Origin: Hydrolagus affinis
Taxonomy: Eukaryota
Direction: 5' to 3'
NCBI GenBank assembly: GCA_012026655.1
Contig: JAAILG010000234.1
Span: forward strand, 1 to 64,000
DNA length: 64,000 bases
In this document: in pieces, positions 13,171-26,527 of the stretch
Position numbering within the stretch: position 1 is the stretch's first letter
How the letters are laid out: each line of letters starts with the position of its first letter
Translations under genes and position numbers: made by a program
The notes under the pieces: model-generated
Databases searched by the model: none
Told to the model about the DNA's origin: nothing
The model's input: only the letters and a program-made list of their open reading frames with translations

Positions 13171-14041
13171 CAGTAAAAGCCTGTTTATCCAGCACCTGTG
13201 GGACCTGGCCAATGCCAGTTAAAGCGCCTGCCAGGTATTCGGGCGGCCCGCGGCTGAAAACCCACCACAAAAAAAATTAAAGTTCTTTTAACACACAACC
13301 TACACACCAGACTAAATAATAACAGATAATAACAGAATAATGTATTGGTATTTATTGTTTAAACTACTCTCTTGCGCTTCTCACGTTTACTGATTGAGGT
13401 TTACAGTCCAGCGATTCTTTTTTAAATGGAAGACGCCAAGCGGGTGAAAAAAATGGCAGCGCGATTTTAAAGTCGCGCAACTTTACTAGCAGCAAGTTGA
13501 TAGCCCTTAACTCTACAAGTGGCAAACCAAAATACTGCATCTGCGTGACAGTGTGCGTTATCGGCTAGCGTTATTGGCTTGCCACTAGTATGGCTTTAAA
13601 ATCGCGCTCCGTTTATTTCACCCGCTTGGCGTGCTCCATTTTAAAAAGAATCGCTGGACTACAAACCTCAACCGCAGCATCACGGTTTCAAGTGCAGCAT
13701 CTACTAGTAAAGGTGAGAAGCACAAGAGAGTATTTTTAATAATAAGGACCAATACAATATTCTATTACTGTGTTATTATTAATGCATTTACAAATGCTCC
13801 ACTGGTATTGTTCTGGATAAGTTCCAGTTTATCGAATGGGGCCTTTTTTTTGGCATGCTGGTTATACGGAAGTGCCAGTTTATCGAGTCACAGATAAATG
13901 GCTTCTACTGTATATCTAAATTTGCTGATGATACAAAACCAGGAGGAAGCGTTAATACCAAGGATGACATTTAAAAAAAAGCAGCGCGATATAGACAGGT
14001 TAGGTGAGTGAGCAGGCAGGTGGATAAACGGGCTTCTACTG
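13171..14041. mobile_element. Tigger-like fold-back MITE with two right TIRs enclosing a CR1 fragment
   Basis: Left end TA|CAGTAAAAGCCTGTTTATCC; right ends …GGCTTCTACTG|TA at 13910 and GGATAAACGGGCTTCTACTG|TA at 14041; long internal inverted repeat. Confidence 0.8.
13911..14021 (+). mobile_element. CR1 RT fragment (ISKFADDTK…)
   Basis: atatctaaatttgctgatgatacaaaa encodes the RT catalytic motif FADD in a CR1-type context. Confidence 0.8.
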
Positions 14042-15159
14042 TACCATGCAAGAGGCAGTTCAAGAAAAGGGACATTAGCCATTAAGGTATGGAATAGGTG
14101 GGACATGCAGGGGATTTACCAAGAGAACAAATAAGATTATCTCCTTTTAGCTTCAATGTGAGGATGAAGCAGGTTGGAATTCAACTGATTAAAATATGTG
14201 ATGCTTGTTTTTGAAAATTTTTATAGAAGTACAATTGACAAAGTATTCTTACCCTTTATATGATTAGAATGTAAATCTTAAAAAGATCAAATCAATTGAA
14301 TTTAACATTTTTCAAACTGTGTACATTTAGAATATATGAATTAGCACATATAGTTAGCAGAAGCCACGTGTTGAAAGCATGTACTGCAAGATTTAGCAAA
14401 TAATGAAACTTAATAGAAATGTAATTACAGCACTGCAGTTCCTTTTGTCTGATAGAAATTATTTGATTTTAATCAATTTTTAATATGTATTATGAGCTGC
14501 ATACTGGAATACAACCCAAAAGTCAATCAGACAAAGAGATTTGATGAGAAGTAGTTGGCAAGCAACAGCTATTTGTGATCACACCACTGGTTAGTTTGCA
14601 TCTCAGAAGTTAGAAGTGTGGTTTGTTATTTGTTATCTCTTTCAACTTTTATGTCACATTAACAAAGCCTTACTTACCATTTGCTTTTCACAGGCCAGTT
14701 ATGTGTTGGCCCCCAGTTCTCATTGCTGAAAATTACAGGACATTGGAAATGTGTTCTTCCAATAAGACTTGGTTGCTGTATGATAAATGAACCTTATTTT
14801 GTTTAAGTTACTGCTATTACCCAGATTTGTATGAGCTATTCCTTTTAAATGCATGAATATCGTGCTGCATTCACACTGCCCATATTGGCAGAAAATCATA
14901 ACCATGCAGTGCAAATTGCCCTGAGAGCCGATGCAGACTTGATGGGTCAAATGGCCTCCTTCAGTGCTATAAATTGCTATGTTTGTGTGATAGTCTGGAA
15001 CCCTGCTTAATATAGGACTTACTTGGCTTGGGACAAATTGCTTCAAATTATGGATTAATTTTGAAGGAGCAGCTGTAAAGCTGTTAGGTTATAAATATAA
15101 GTTTCCTTCATTTATAGAATAGTATTAAACATTTGTGTTTTATGGAAACACAAATGTGC

Positions 15160-15623
15160 CACCCGCATTCTCATCCAAACCAAACTTCGCACCCCGATTA
15201 CCCCAGTACTTGCCAGACTTCACTGGCTCCCTGTCTCAGAGCGGATCGATTTCAAGATCCTCACTCTTACGTTCAAATCCCTCCAATCCTCTGCACCCCC
15301 TCTAACTCTCTAACCTCCTCTCCTCACAATAGTACCCATTGCCTTCGCTCTACTGGGTCTGGCTTTCTCCTTTTCCCCAAATCCTCCATTCCACCATCGG
15401 CGGCCGTGCCTTCAGCCACTGCGCCCCGAAGCTCTGGAACTCCCTTTGCCTCGTCCCCTCCTTTCCCATTTTCAGGTTGTGCCTGAAAACTTTTCTGTTT
15501 GGCCGCGCTTTTGGTCGCTTTATTCCCCTGCCTCCTGGCTCGGACCCAGGCTCTGCTTTATGAAGCACTCTGAGATGCTGTCTGGCATGGAGGGCACTAT
15601 ATAAATCCAAGTTGTTGTTGTTA
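15160..15623 (+). mobile_element. L2-clade LINE 3' end with (GTT)n tail
   Basis: 'HITPVL..LHWLP…IDFKIL' type sequence and 'GGRAFSHCAPKLWNSL' translation; ends ggcactatataaatccaagttgttgttgtt. Confidence 0.8.
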
Positions 15624-16874
15624 AATAATATAAAACTTACATTTGTGGATTTTACTGAAGTTTATACATGTATTTTGGTTGGAAATTGCCAGCTCAACTT
15701 CAATCAACTATAGTATAGTACATTGTATAGTATGTGTAATGTACTTATCAATATACTGTACTGTGGTTCATTGTTTTGATTTGTATCTAAATGTAACATT
15801 AAGCTTATGTGACTCAATTTGCCACAGTGGAATGGATAATAAACAGAACAATTTAAGTCTGTTTTCTTTTGGTTCTTAGACTAGTTAAACATATGTCGGG
15901 ATAGCTATATGGTTGTGTTTTCCTCACCCACTTACTTGTTGTTATTAAATGTCAGTATTAATTGTATTTTGAGAAAAAAGGAACAAAGTTATTTTTTAAG
16001 TGTCCTTTTACATATCATCTTGATAAAGGGTAAAAGCTCTGTACTACTATTAAATATTTACCAAGTCATGACTTTTAGGAGAAGGGTCAGTTCAACATGG
16101 AGTGTTGGTCTCCATGCACTGCCATTGATTAGCTATCAGATAGAAATGTTAATCAGTAACCTCAAGTTTTACTGACCAGTTTAGAATGCATTTAGCCTTT
16201 CTCATAGATGGTCTCAAGTGAAGTCATGCCTGATTCTTTGCCTTTCTGTCAGAGATTGCACAAGTTTGTGCAGAAAGGAAAATCTGTTGATCCATGGTTA
16301 AGCAATTCTTTTTAAACCTTGCTGTTGTCATCATCACTGGACTCTTATACTGCACATGTTTGCATTTAATTAAACCGAACACACAGTTTACGTCACAACA
16401 GAGTTATCAATATCAAATAAGAATTGATTTCCTCTTGGTCACAATTGCAGCCTATTTCGGCTAATTAAAAAGCCACAGAACAAAGTGACTACATGAAGGT
16501 AAACACTATTCCTTGGAAACCAAAGCTATAAATAATCCATAATACACTCAGAAAATGGTTGGAACTTCTCAGTATAATACTTCAGAATACAACATGTACC
16601 ATAGTGCAAAATATATAGAAATTATGGCTGAATTCATGATTAAGAGAAACATTTATATATTCACTTTCAAAATTAAGGAATATTTATTTTTTGGTATCTA
16701 GTTAAAATGTATTTTCAATAGCATAAGTGATACGTTTGAACACACATTTCTGTACTCTATTTTATTGCTACAATTCTTTTCTCTGCTTTTAAAGCTTCTG
16801 TTCTTCCATTCCATGCTGCACTTGGTTGTCAATATGGATTGACATTCCTCTTTGTAAAGTAAGCCATTATTATT

Positions 16875-17230
16875 CCCAAATGGCTCGGTGGTGTTGGATA
16901 ATGTGATGCTGAGTCTTGCTGCCCAGCAATGTGCGATTTGATTGCTGGTCTGTATTGAGTTAGCTAATTTGAAGGAGTATATTTAGCCTCTGTTGTCCCC
17001 TCCCTGTTTGAGAGGTAAAAAAATTAGCTTGGAGTTTGTACTGTACATAAGTGCATATATCACTGCTAAGTGTACTTTGTATGTGAATGCCAGGTGAAGA
17101 CAGGATTGTGATTGGCTGTGATATCTCTTCGCAGCTCCTCTTCTTCCCCATGGTCAAATTCCCTGATGAATCTCAATGTCTAGGCTCATGCACATAGAAT
17201 TAAACATTTGAACAAGTCATTCAAGAGCTT
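16875..17230 (+). mobile_element. Ancient SINE-like repeat (related copies about 23570-23810, 24600-24800 and 50895-51230)
   Basis: Shared degenerate motifs 'tgagttagct(g/a)at', 'ctgggctagggag', 'cctgattgctatccag' and 'gaagacaggattg'. Confidence 0.45.
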
Positions 17231-17612
17231 AGAATAGCAATATATAGATGTACATGAGATTCATAATGTTCACAGTAATTTTCATGATGGTATTAATGAC
17301 TGAGAGACTTACTGAAAAAAAGTGTAGTTGTAGAGTCATTTTTCAAGTTATTCAATTGACTCACCCTTTTGTCTGACTGGGGAGTATGTTTTGTATAAAT
17401 CCACAAATTTCACAATTTTGATCTTGGGGGTTCCCATCTCAAAATTAAAACAACAATAGCAAAATTACATTTGTATAGTGCCTTTCATGTCGGGAGGGCT
17501 TTCCAACAAATAAATCTTGAACTCCTGACTGTTATGTACAGCGAGTCACAAGTCCACGGCCTTTTTCCCCCCACCCCACCCCCCTCTCTGACCTGCTGAC
17601 CCCCCTAACAAT

Positions 17613-18403
17613 TGTAAGGGTCGATTTAAATTCGTGACCCTGCAGTGAAGGAAGGACTGATACGAATTAATATGCATGTTTATTAATTCAGGTTAGTAAT
17701 AGTTACAAGAAATTAAAAGTATTCATCACAACAATGCTTATGTATTGACGTATAGCTCACAATGATTTAAGTTGACCAAACCAAATGCTGTGGGAGATAA
17801 AGTAGCAAGGTACAACTTAATGTCCAGATTAATCCATATATAAGTCCATCAAACAGTATCCAAGTATTGTTGTACGGTTTTCAGTTTGACATCCGAAAGT
17901 ATCCAAGTATTGTTGTATGATTTCCAGTTCGATTTCCAAGTATCCGGGTATTGTGCCAATCCCAGTTCGGTATCCAAGTACCATTGTACATCTAGAGTTG
18001 CTCCACTCATAGTCTTGATCTTCTCTTCTTCCGAAGCTGAAACATGGATTCACGACTCCCAAGTTCCAATCTCTCCTTTTGTTCTTCTTCGATTTCCCTC
18101 CTTTCTTCTTGAATCAATCGCTCTTTATTCAGTTAATTGGGTGACCTTTCACTCATTGTCCTTTGCAAGATGGTTCCTGTGCAAAAACAAACGCAACATA
18201 GCTCCCTCTCCAGCTGCAGACCATATCTCCATGAGAAGATCGCTGATATAAACTGAAAATACTTTGTTGTTTATACACAATACCTTGTTTCCTCTACCAA
18301 GCTAGTCACAACCAAGGCCTATCAGGTGCAATTGGTTACATATGTCTCAAATCGCCAATATAATTTGAGATATCAATTGACACATTAATTACAGAATCCT
18401 ACA
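17613..18403 (-). mobile_element. Solo LTR (791 bp) inserted in an L2 fragment
   Basis: TGTAAGG…CCTACA termini with 4-bp target-site duplication CAAT (17609-17612 and 18404-18407); minus-strand AATAAA near the left end; the flanks rejoin into L2 3' sequence. Confidence 0.8.
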
Positions 18404-18705
18404 CAATCTGTCTGCTCCCTCCATTGAACATGACCACCGCCCGACCGTCCCTTCCATTGACCTCTGGGCTTTCAGCCTCTCTGCCCCCACCCTTTGGACC
18501 TCCATCCCTGAATCCCTTCATCTTGCTCCCTCTCTTGCCTTCCTCAAGGCCCAACTCAAGACCCTCTTTGACCATGCCTTCACCCACACTCTTACCGCTC
18601 TGCCCCACCTCATCCCAAACCATGCTCAGGTCCTGACCCCCGACTGTTCAGCACCTTGGGATGTTCTCCGACATGAAAGTTGCTCTACAAATGTAATTTT
18701 TTGGT
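18404..18705 (+). mobile_element. L2-clade LINE 3' end
   Basis: Similar to 53285-53500; tail 'gttcagcaccttgggatgttctccgacatgaaagttgctctacaaatgtaa'. Confidence 0.7.
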
Positions 18706-20072
18706 TGTATATAAGATACATTGGATTTAACGTACTTGCTTTAATTTGAACACTGTTTTTTCACTTTTTCACCCCCAAACATTAATCTCGCCACAGTTCC
18801 AAGAAGTCTTGCATAACATTTTTGGTAGGTCTTGAACTACTTTGTACATAAAGTTTCTCTTTGAGGAACAATGGTGTTGAACGGTGCTTGGCCTTGTCAT
18901 TTCCATCATTCCTAGTACCACAGGAAAGTGTAAAATGTAAGGAATTCCAGTAGTATAGCTTATTGGCATTGCTAGTTTCAAATTAAAATAGATTTCTGGG
19001 CTATTTCCTAATACAGTTCTGGAATCAACTATAGATTTACAATATTTGTCACAATTCACAAACTGTCAGCATACAAATGTTACAGATCAACTACTTATAG
19101 TCTTCTGGTTATATTCACAATTTCACTGCTACTGGTCAAAAGAGAGTACAATTTAATAAATTCATGCCATGATCTTGTATGCATTAATATATAAACAATC
19201 CATTCAGTAGAGTAATTTCCAGGTTAGAATCTAACCTTGGGATTCTAATGACTGTTATGAACCACTAAGCTTCCTTTCTGTGTTTGTGATGTTTTATACA
19301 ACATAGGTTTAGTCTAGTGCTTTGTGTCTTCATTGAGACCACTGGGTAACTCTAAATTCCTTCTACCATTCCTATTATTTAGCATATGCAGTCTTTTACA
19401 TAAGTGTTGCTATATAGATACTTGTTTGTTAATCTTGTTTAAATATTTTTAACACAGAAGGCACCATGAATCTACTACCATTTTTAATTTACATTTAAAA
19501 TGCAACTTGAGTATAAAAAAGCAATTATCCAATGCTATATACTTCAGACATAGGGTGTTATTTCAAAGTGTGATGCAGACAACTGAAAATTTAGTGGCAG
19601 ATTGGTGTCCTCATGGAGAGGAAATGAATGCAGGCATCGGTCCAGGTAGATCTGCAAAGTGCCAATAACTCAGATCCTTAGGGACCTTGATATTTTACAA
19701 GGCCTGCTCCCCATTTTGACTGTCAATGAATGAAACTCTTATTTGTTGTCACTCAAACATAAGGATTGACTTGCCAGGATATGATATCTTGTCATCAGTC
19801 ACACCCTTATGGCAATGAAATGTAACTCAGGCATGTGTGCCAAAAGATAGTTCAGTTTTACCCCCAACGGAAATCAAAGGTGGCATTTACTGCATTAAGA
19901 GAACTATATTTGCTTCATAAAAACAAGTGCAAGATACGGACAGGTATATGTAGCATATGGATTATTAGCAAAATGTTACACAGTTTGAGAAATATGTACG
20001 ATAAATATGGATAACAGTCTTTTTCTACTAATAATAGTTAAATTGTATAAAACCTCATTCATTTTTTTTTAG

Positions 20073-20303
20073 TTTACACAAGTCTTTATCTCAAGAGGCA
20101 AGTCTCACAGAGCAGTTCAACTTTACCGTAAACAGTTATGAAGATGCTTTACGTGCCAGTGAAGGCATAACATCAGTTGCGCATCAGAAAACCGAAGATT
20201 TGGCAGCCCAACTGCAATTGGCCATTGCTGAGCGAGCAGACTTGAAAAATAAACTGCAGGAAGCCTTAGAGGCCAAAACTGAAGTCAACGAAAGAGTTCA
20301 GAA
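20073..20303 (+). CDS. MIPOL1: MIPOL1 penultimate coding exon (LHKSLSQEASLTEQFNFTVNSYEDAL…EVNERVQK)
   Basis: ttttttag| acceptor, |gtaagt donor, 231 bp open frame, phase 2 to 2; matches the recalled MIPOL1 coiled coil 'SLHKSLSQEENLKDQFNYTLSTYEEAL…'. Confidence 0.93.
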
Positions 20304-20489
20304 GTAAGTCAGATGCTTTGCAGTCTTTTAAAGAATGAAAGTTTGATTTGTTTTCTTTCATCCTTTACTCTCCATTCCGTTGATTGTACTGAATCCATTT
20401 GCTTTCTTTCCACTAATAGGTTTTCCCTGCAAAATAGAATCTTAATAATAATCCTTACATTTGATTTAGCTCCTTTCATGTTAGGAGTG

Positions 20490-21153
20490 CAGGTACCCCG
20501 CCCCAACTGTGTTTTTTTCTACCACGAATTTCACGTATCCACAGTCGCCTCTCTGCGACAACCTTTGCCAACCTCGGCAGTGGATTTTGCATAAACACGG
20601 GTTTTAACACAAACACTAGCGTTTGGCACTAGGACCCAGTTACATCAACCAGCCACGATATCGCTTCACGCTTGCATTTGGCGCCAGTTGCAATGTCACA
20701 ATCAATCAGCGACAATGTCGCTTCTCTCTTAGGATTAAGGTAAATAACATGAATTTATTGTCGCTCATCCACCCCACTCTGTGTCACCCACCTTCACACC
20801 ACCTTCTCCACGTGCTGTTCCCCCCGCCCCACCCTCCGTGTCACCCACCACACCACCTTCTCCACACCCATCCCCCTCGCACTTGTCGGTGATTGATGAT
20901 CTGGAGGAGGAGGCAGAGGAAGAGCGCAGGGCCCGTTTTCCATGTAACAGCACGCAACAACCACCTCCCCCATCATCATCATCATCATCATCATTAGGAT
21001 TTAGGTAAATAACATGAATTTTTTTGTGTTTAGTTCAAGGTCAAGCAACCCCTATCCCCAGTTTTCCCATAGGGCCCTGCATTTTCCAACCCCAGTTTTA
21101 CTAACTGCGGTGGTTTTCAGGAACGTATCCCCCGCGGTTGGGGGGGATACCTG
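20490..21153. mobile_element. Tigger-like non-autonomous DNA transposon
   Basis: CAGGTACCCCGCCCCAACTG … GCGGTTGGGGGGGATACCTG|TA imperfect TIRs; CpG-rich interior with an acidic/proline remnant (DDLEEEAEEE); left TA site appears mutated to TG. Confidence 0.7.
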
Positions 21154-22164
21154 TATATCAGGATTATGGTAAACATTGGTTTTGTGTTATTCAAAGTAAA
21201 TGTTTCATTTGCCATTTAATAACCGGAAGTAGAAAAATGTTATTTTGTGTTGTGGGGGATTTGTAAAACCTCAAGTATTTTTGTTACTTTCTTACTGCTG
21301 TGTACAGAAAGCAATGGTAAGTAAAAACTAATGTTTCTACCAAAGTAATGTTTCAAGTGCTTTGCACCACGAGTTGGAAAGAAAACAAGATGTGACAAGA
21401 AATAGTCGTACATTGGTTGGTTGGGTCAGTTTGATTATTTCAGAGCTGATATTTTACAAACAATATGGCATTGAAGAAACAGTGTTTTGATGCAATGATT
21501 TTTGAAACCTGCTTCTACCACATATTGTAACAACATATATAACAATTTAACAACATAAATTCTTATATTCTACACTAGTTATTCTCATGATCTAAATATT
21601 CAGTTTTTCCTTGTTGTCAAAGGTGTCATTTTGATTAAACTTTGCAGAATGTCAAGTTGTAACCTTCTGAAATGGTTTAAAGAGAAAATTTAAAAATGAA
21701 GTATGAATTGAATGACAAAACCTTTTTATCATACACCAGTTAATTAATACATACAGGTACTAGCTATACTCCCGCATAACATACGCAGCCTAGTGTTTTT
21801 GAACACGTTTATTCATATATTTCAAAACTTTTTAAAAATAATGTATTTGTTGTTTACAAAAAAAGGGTGAGCTTTAATCACTGGGTTGTTTTTCTTTGTT
21901 GTTGTTTTTGTTTGTTTTTAAGCTGTATTGGTTTTTGTTTTCCTTTTAGAAATTCATTGTTACAATTGTGGAAACATACCTAAGGTTTTTATATACTTTA
22001 TATAGATTTGACACAGCACCATCCGCTTCAGGAGGACACAATTGCGGAAACATACCTAAGGCTTTTATATATATATATATAGATAATGTTTTTGAAGTTT
22101 GTAGCATTTTGAATAACTATTTTGTTTCTCTTCATATTATTCTGTTTGCTCCAACTTGACCTTT

Positions 22165-22500
22165 GCTCATTTACATATGATCCACTTCACAATATATTCT
22201 GTGAAACGATTTGAGATGTGTCAACAACATGATCAGGTGCCACCTCAAATGCAAGGTGTATTATTACTATTATCTGCTGTAAATATATATAAATAAATAT
22301 TTTGGTGTCCTGCCAACAAACCTCCAAATAAAAATTCGCCCATTCACATCATAGCAGTTTGTGGACATTGCTGTGCACAACTGACTGCTACCTTTTGCCC
22401 TCAAAATAGTCAAACCACTTTACAGTATCTCCTGTAAAGTGTTTTGAGATGTCTCAACAGTGTGGTAAGGCACTATATCAAATGCATGGATTACCATTAT
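22165..22500 (+). mobile_element. Two tandem 3'-half fragments of the SINE family
   Basis: Both end in 'caaatgca(a/t)gg…ttatt/ttacc' and carry the 'cacttt/cacag…ctgtgaa…gagatgt' tail. Confidence 0.6.
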
Positions 22501-25181
22501 CTAACCATAAGGTCTGCAAAACAAGGTGAAGAGTGTGACAATTTTCTACAGTGAGTTAGCAAACTAATGCGAGGGTTTGGAATTAGTGCTCAGTATTGAT
22601 TACCCACAATCCGGCAGGTTGATTCACACAAATGCTATTGGCATAAGTGCCATGGAGTCAGAAAATTTCTATTCATAATCACGTCTACAGCTTAGAGCTG
22701 GGAAGACCAGTGCTGTAATCTTTTACGGGTACCTAGGGAGATTTCCTCCAATAGTGTGCTTTTTCTTCAATGTCATGCATATGTAATGTTTTTTTTATTT
22801 GTGCATGTTGTATGACTACAATATGTGATATACTATATATAGGATATATATTATATATGTGTAATCTTTAAATGGATGGTATACAGTCAGGAAACACTAC
22901 AATAAAATAAGCTTTCAATTCAGAGAAAATTGCAATTCTGCAGATGATTAAGCAGAGTCTCTGCAGTTCTCCCAGAGGTGTCAGTTGAATCTGTGAAGGG
23001 TCACATAAGGGTTCTTAGCACAGAGCAAACAGACTTTCTACAAACTCAGCTGCTTGATCTGTTTGCCGGTTGAATTATAAGGTGGGGGTGGATAGACATG
23101 GGTTCTGGGAAGAAACAGAGAATTTTACAGTTCTTGGGTAAAGCAGCAGTAAAATTATTCAGGTCAAAATTATATTGTTTTTTTTCTACTAAATGTTCAC
23201 TTAAGTTTACAGTAGTATTCTGGCAACAGGATTATAGTAAAGATACAATGGACACAATTAATATGATTTTGTGTGTCCTTTTGATTTGGGTTTCCCAAAA
23301 GTCTAAACTTTATTTTTTTAAACTCTCTTGTTATTATAAAATTAATAAGAAAAGGTTGCATTTGGTTTAATTTTTATGCTCACTGTCTTTCTACTTTTAT
23401 ATTGAAAATATAATTCAGTGAATAGATTTAGAGCTCAGTTTCTTCCAAAGAAACTCATGCTAAATAGTAGGCAGCACAAATTCAGGTTATATTTTTAAGA
23501 TATTAACCATAAATACTCTCTTTGATCTCTGCAAACTTTATTAATGTTTTTTGATCAGGATCGACAACTGGGCTAGGGAGAGTTAAAGGTATAGGACATG
23601 ATTTCCTCTTCTGATTACTAGCCAGTGACTGTGAAGTGCACTGATGTGGATTCCAGGTAAGAGGACAGGATTGGACTTCTTTGTGTTGGCCCCCATGAAC
23701 AAATAAGCAGCTTACAGTCATTGTCTTGCTTAACACATGGAGAATATCTTAGTTGAGGCACTAAAGACTAACAACTGCCCATTGAATCAGGCTTCAGTCA
23801 GGGTAGAAAATTCAGAGCAACACCATGTTTCTTATTACCCATAAAAATAGCCAAGTCAATGACATTGTCAATAGCAACTTTTTTTTATTTGAAGCTATGG
23901 ACAGTTTTTATTTAAATAATTGAAGTAGTAAACCATCAAGTAAAAGGAAACCAAATTTTTGTCACTTGGGGATTTCACAGGAATTGGATAACATTCAGAA
24001 GAAGAAATCCTATCGTATATATTTTCCTTTAGTTCCACGCCCCCCAACCCCATCAGTCCAACTGAAATTGAGGTGAATAATAATCCTTGCATTTGATATT
24101 TGAATGGCCTTCTATTGTATAACAGTCATATTGAGAAAGCTGTTAAAATAATCTCCAAACTAGAGAAATATATATTTTAGTACATTCATGTTTCATCACA
24201 AAACAAGCATTTTGTAATGTAATGAATCCAGTTAACTATTTTATCTTTTGATATTGCACAAGGTTATTCAAAGCAGACAAGATATATGTGCTCTTTGCCT
24301 ATTTAAACTGGAAGAAGTCGGCCTATTGTTCACTAATATTTGATTAGTGTGCTAGAGTTGCTCGTATTGATATCTTTGAAACTTTCCTTCAATCAAAACT
24401 GCTCAAAGAAGAATGTATAGGCAGTCAGATTCATTACTCTACTTTTGTGTTATTTTAAGCTTACTCCCTTGGCGTTCCAACAATCTTTCTCACTCAACTC
24501 CTGACTCATACAAGTATACAGATGCAGGGAAATACCTTGTTATGTATCAAGAAGCTTTATAGATGGTAAGAGGCTTCCTCACCCAGCATCCACTCTTTCC
24601 AGCAGATTTCATTGAATATTATTTAAGAGTGGAAGACTTTGCTGCAGTTGTCTTCTCCTTAACCAGCCTGGTGAGCAGAAGCTAAACTTATTGCATTTCT
24701 GTTACCCTGACTGAATCAACTGACTAGCTTGATGATCAAACCTATAACCTCCCAGGTCTGTATGTCTTAATTCCACTCTTAAGCATTGGCTTTACCAACT
24801 CTGAAGAGCTTTATTGGTGAAACAATTACAGATACATCAAAATAATTAACTAAAATAATATTTTAAATTCTAGTGTAATTTTTGGTTGGTCATGCTTTTC
24901 TTTTAAAGAATGAAGGAACATTTTGTCTATAATGTCTGCAAAGAATCTAAACATTCATCATTAACCTAGTGGCAGGCCTAATCCATCACAATGATACTAA
25001 GCATGCAACTTCAGAACACGAATGAATTTGAAATAATCACACCACGGTGTGATCTGACGCTCAGCCTTGAAATCCATGAGAGATTATCTGGGTTGTCGGG
25101 AGAAAATTCTGGTGCTCTTTCTAGCACAACTGTGAGAAAAATGTGGCTTGAACCAAGTGCTCCTCATGTAGTGTGGCTGGT

Positions 25182-25281
25182 NNNNNNNNNNNNNNNNNNN
25201 NNNNNNNNNNNNNNNNNNNNNNNNNNNNNNNNNNNNNNNNNNNNNNNNNNNNNNNNNNNNNNNNNNNNNNNNNNNNNNNNN
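25182..25281. other. Assembly gap (100 N) next to poly-C
   Basis: Run of N. Confidence 1.
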
Positions 25282-26460
25282 CCCCCCCCCCCCCCCCCCC
25301 CCCAAGAGCTGAGTATCCAGGCTGAAGGAGTTGTTGTTTTGTTTTCTTTTTAAATGTGAGGAAAAAGTACGTTTTAATGTTGATTGACGTTACAATTAAA
25401 AATTGTTATGGGCAAACATAAGCACAGTTCGAGTTAATCAAAGAAATTCACATTCTGGAATGTCTAATGGTTTTTATTGTTTGTCTTATTAAATATTGGT
25501 TGTTTCTATTCGTGCAGTGGTTAGGTTATATCATTAATCTTTCATTGGTAGTTTTGCGATTGACCTGTTAAAAGTATTCCACAACAAGATGATGTTATGT
25601 TACTTGTACTAGATACAGCCTTTCTGCAGTATTATGTTACTGATAAATCAATATAGATGTGTAATAATGTACAAACTTCCATCTTCTGTCTAAGAGTTTT
25701 AGGCAAACTGCAAATGAACACACAGGTCAGAGCATCACTATAAACAGCTTTAAGCAATGACAACCCTACAGTTAACTTTACAATATCTTGCCAAAGCTTT
25801 GAACATTAGCACAAGCTGTAGCAGACAAAATTAAGGACCATAAAGATTCGGTGCTAGAGAATTCAACATTTTCACAATGCTATTAAATAGTTATTCCCTA
25901 TTAAACTTCAAATATTAATACCTATTCTGCAATTATTTAATTACCTGTACAGTATGTTTATATATGTATGTGTTCTGTGTACAATATGAAACCTGTAAAT
26001 CTTTGTATAAATTTCAAAAGAAATCTACTGAGTGAAAAATATGAAAATCAATCTGTTCAGTAGTGGTTATTGATTATCACATTTAGATTTTTTTTTAGAA
26101 AAGAACAAGCAAACAGTTCTAAATGAAACATAATATTGGATGCAATATGCAGACAGTTGCAATTTGTCAATTTTTATTGAAATGCTGCAGTTACCAGCAA
26201 TTTGATTAGTACCTGCTTTGAAAGTTATAACACCAAGTTATACTGCCTACTCTGACAAAGTGGTTTTGCACATCAAACTAAGTTTCTACCCTACTCTGAG
26301 TGCTGGGAAGCATGGATATAAAATCAAGAGATGAATCAGCTTTCCGTAGCAATGTCTGTGCTGCACAGTAGAGCTTTGTTTTCTAATGGCCACCAAGAAA
26401 GACTTACTACAGTGCAAACACAGTGCATTCCTATTATTAGCTCCTCTTTTCTTCATACAG

Positions 26461-26527
26461 GTTGGAACGGCTGGTGGACGTCCTGAGGAAGAAGGTTGGA
26501 GCAGGGAACATCAGGACGGTGACCTGA
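26461..26527 (+). CDS. MIPOL1: MIPOL1 last coding exon (LERLVDVLRKKVGAGNIRTVT*)
   Basis: ctcttttcttcatacag| acceptor with phase-2 join; matches the recalled MIPOL1 C-terminus 'KLERLVDVLRKKVGTGTMRTVI'; TGA at 26525-26527. Confidence 0.95.

Noticed and set aside
17855-17985. CRISPR-like spaced repeats (GTATCCAAGTA)
   Set aside because: The spacers resemble each other, it is a degenerate tandem repeat inside an LTR, the context is eukaryotic, and there are no cas genes.
20765-21008. Pro/Ser/Met-rich short ORFs
   Set aside because: Low-complexity interior of a Tigger-like element with a (CAT)n repeat.
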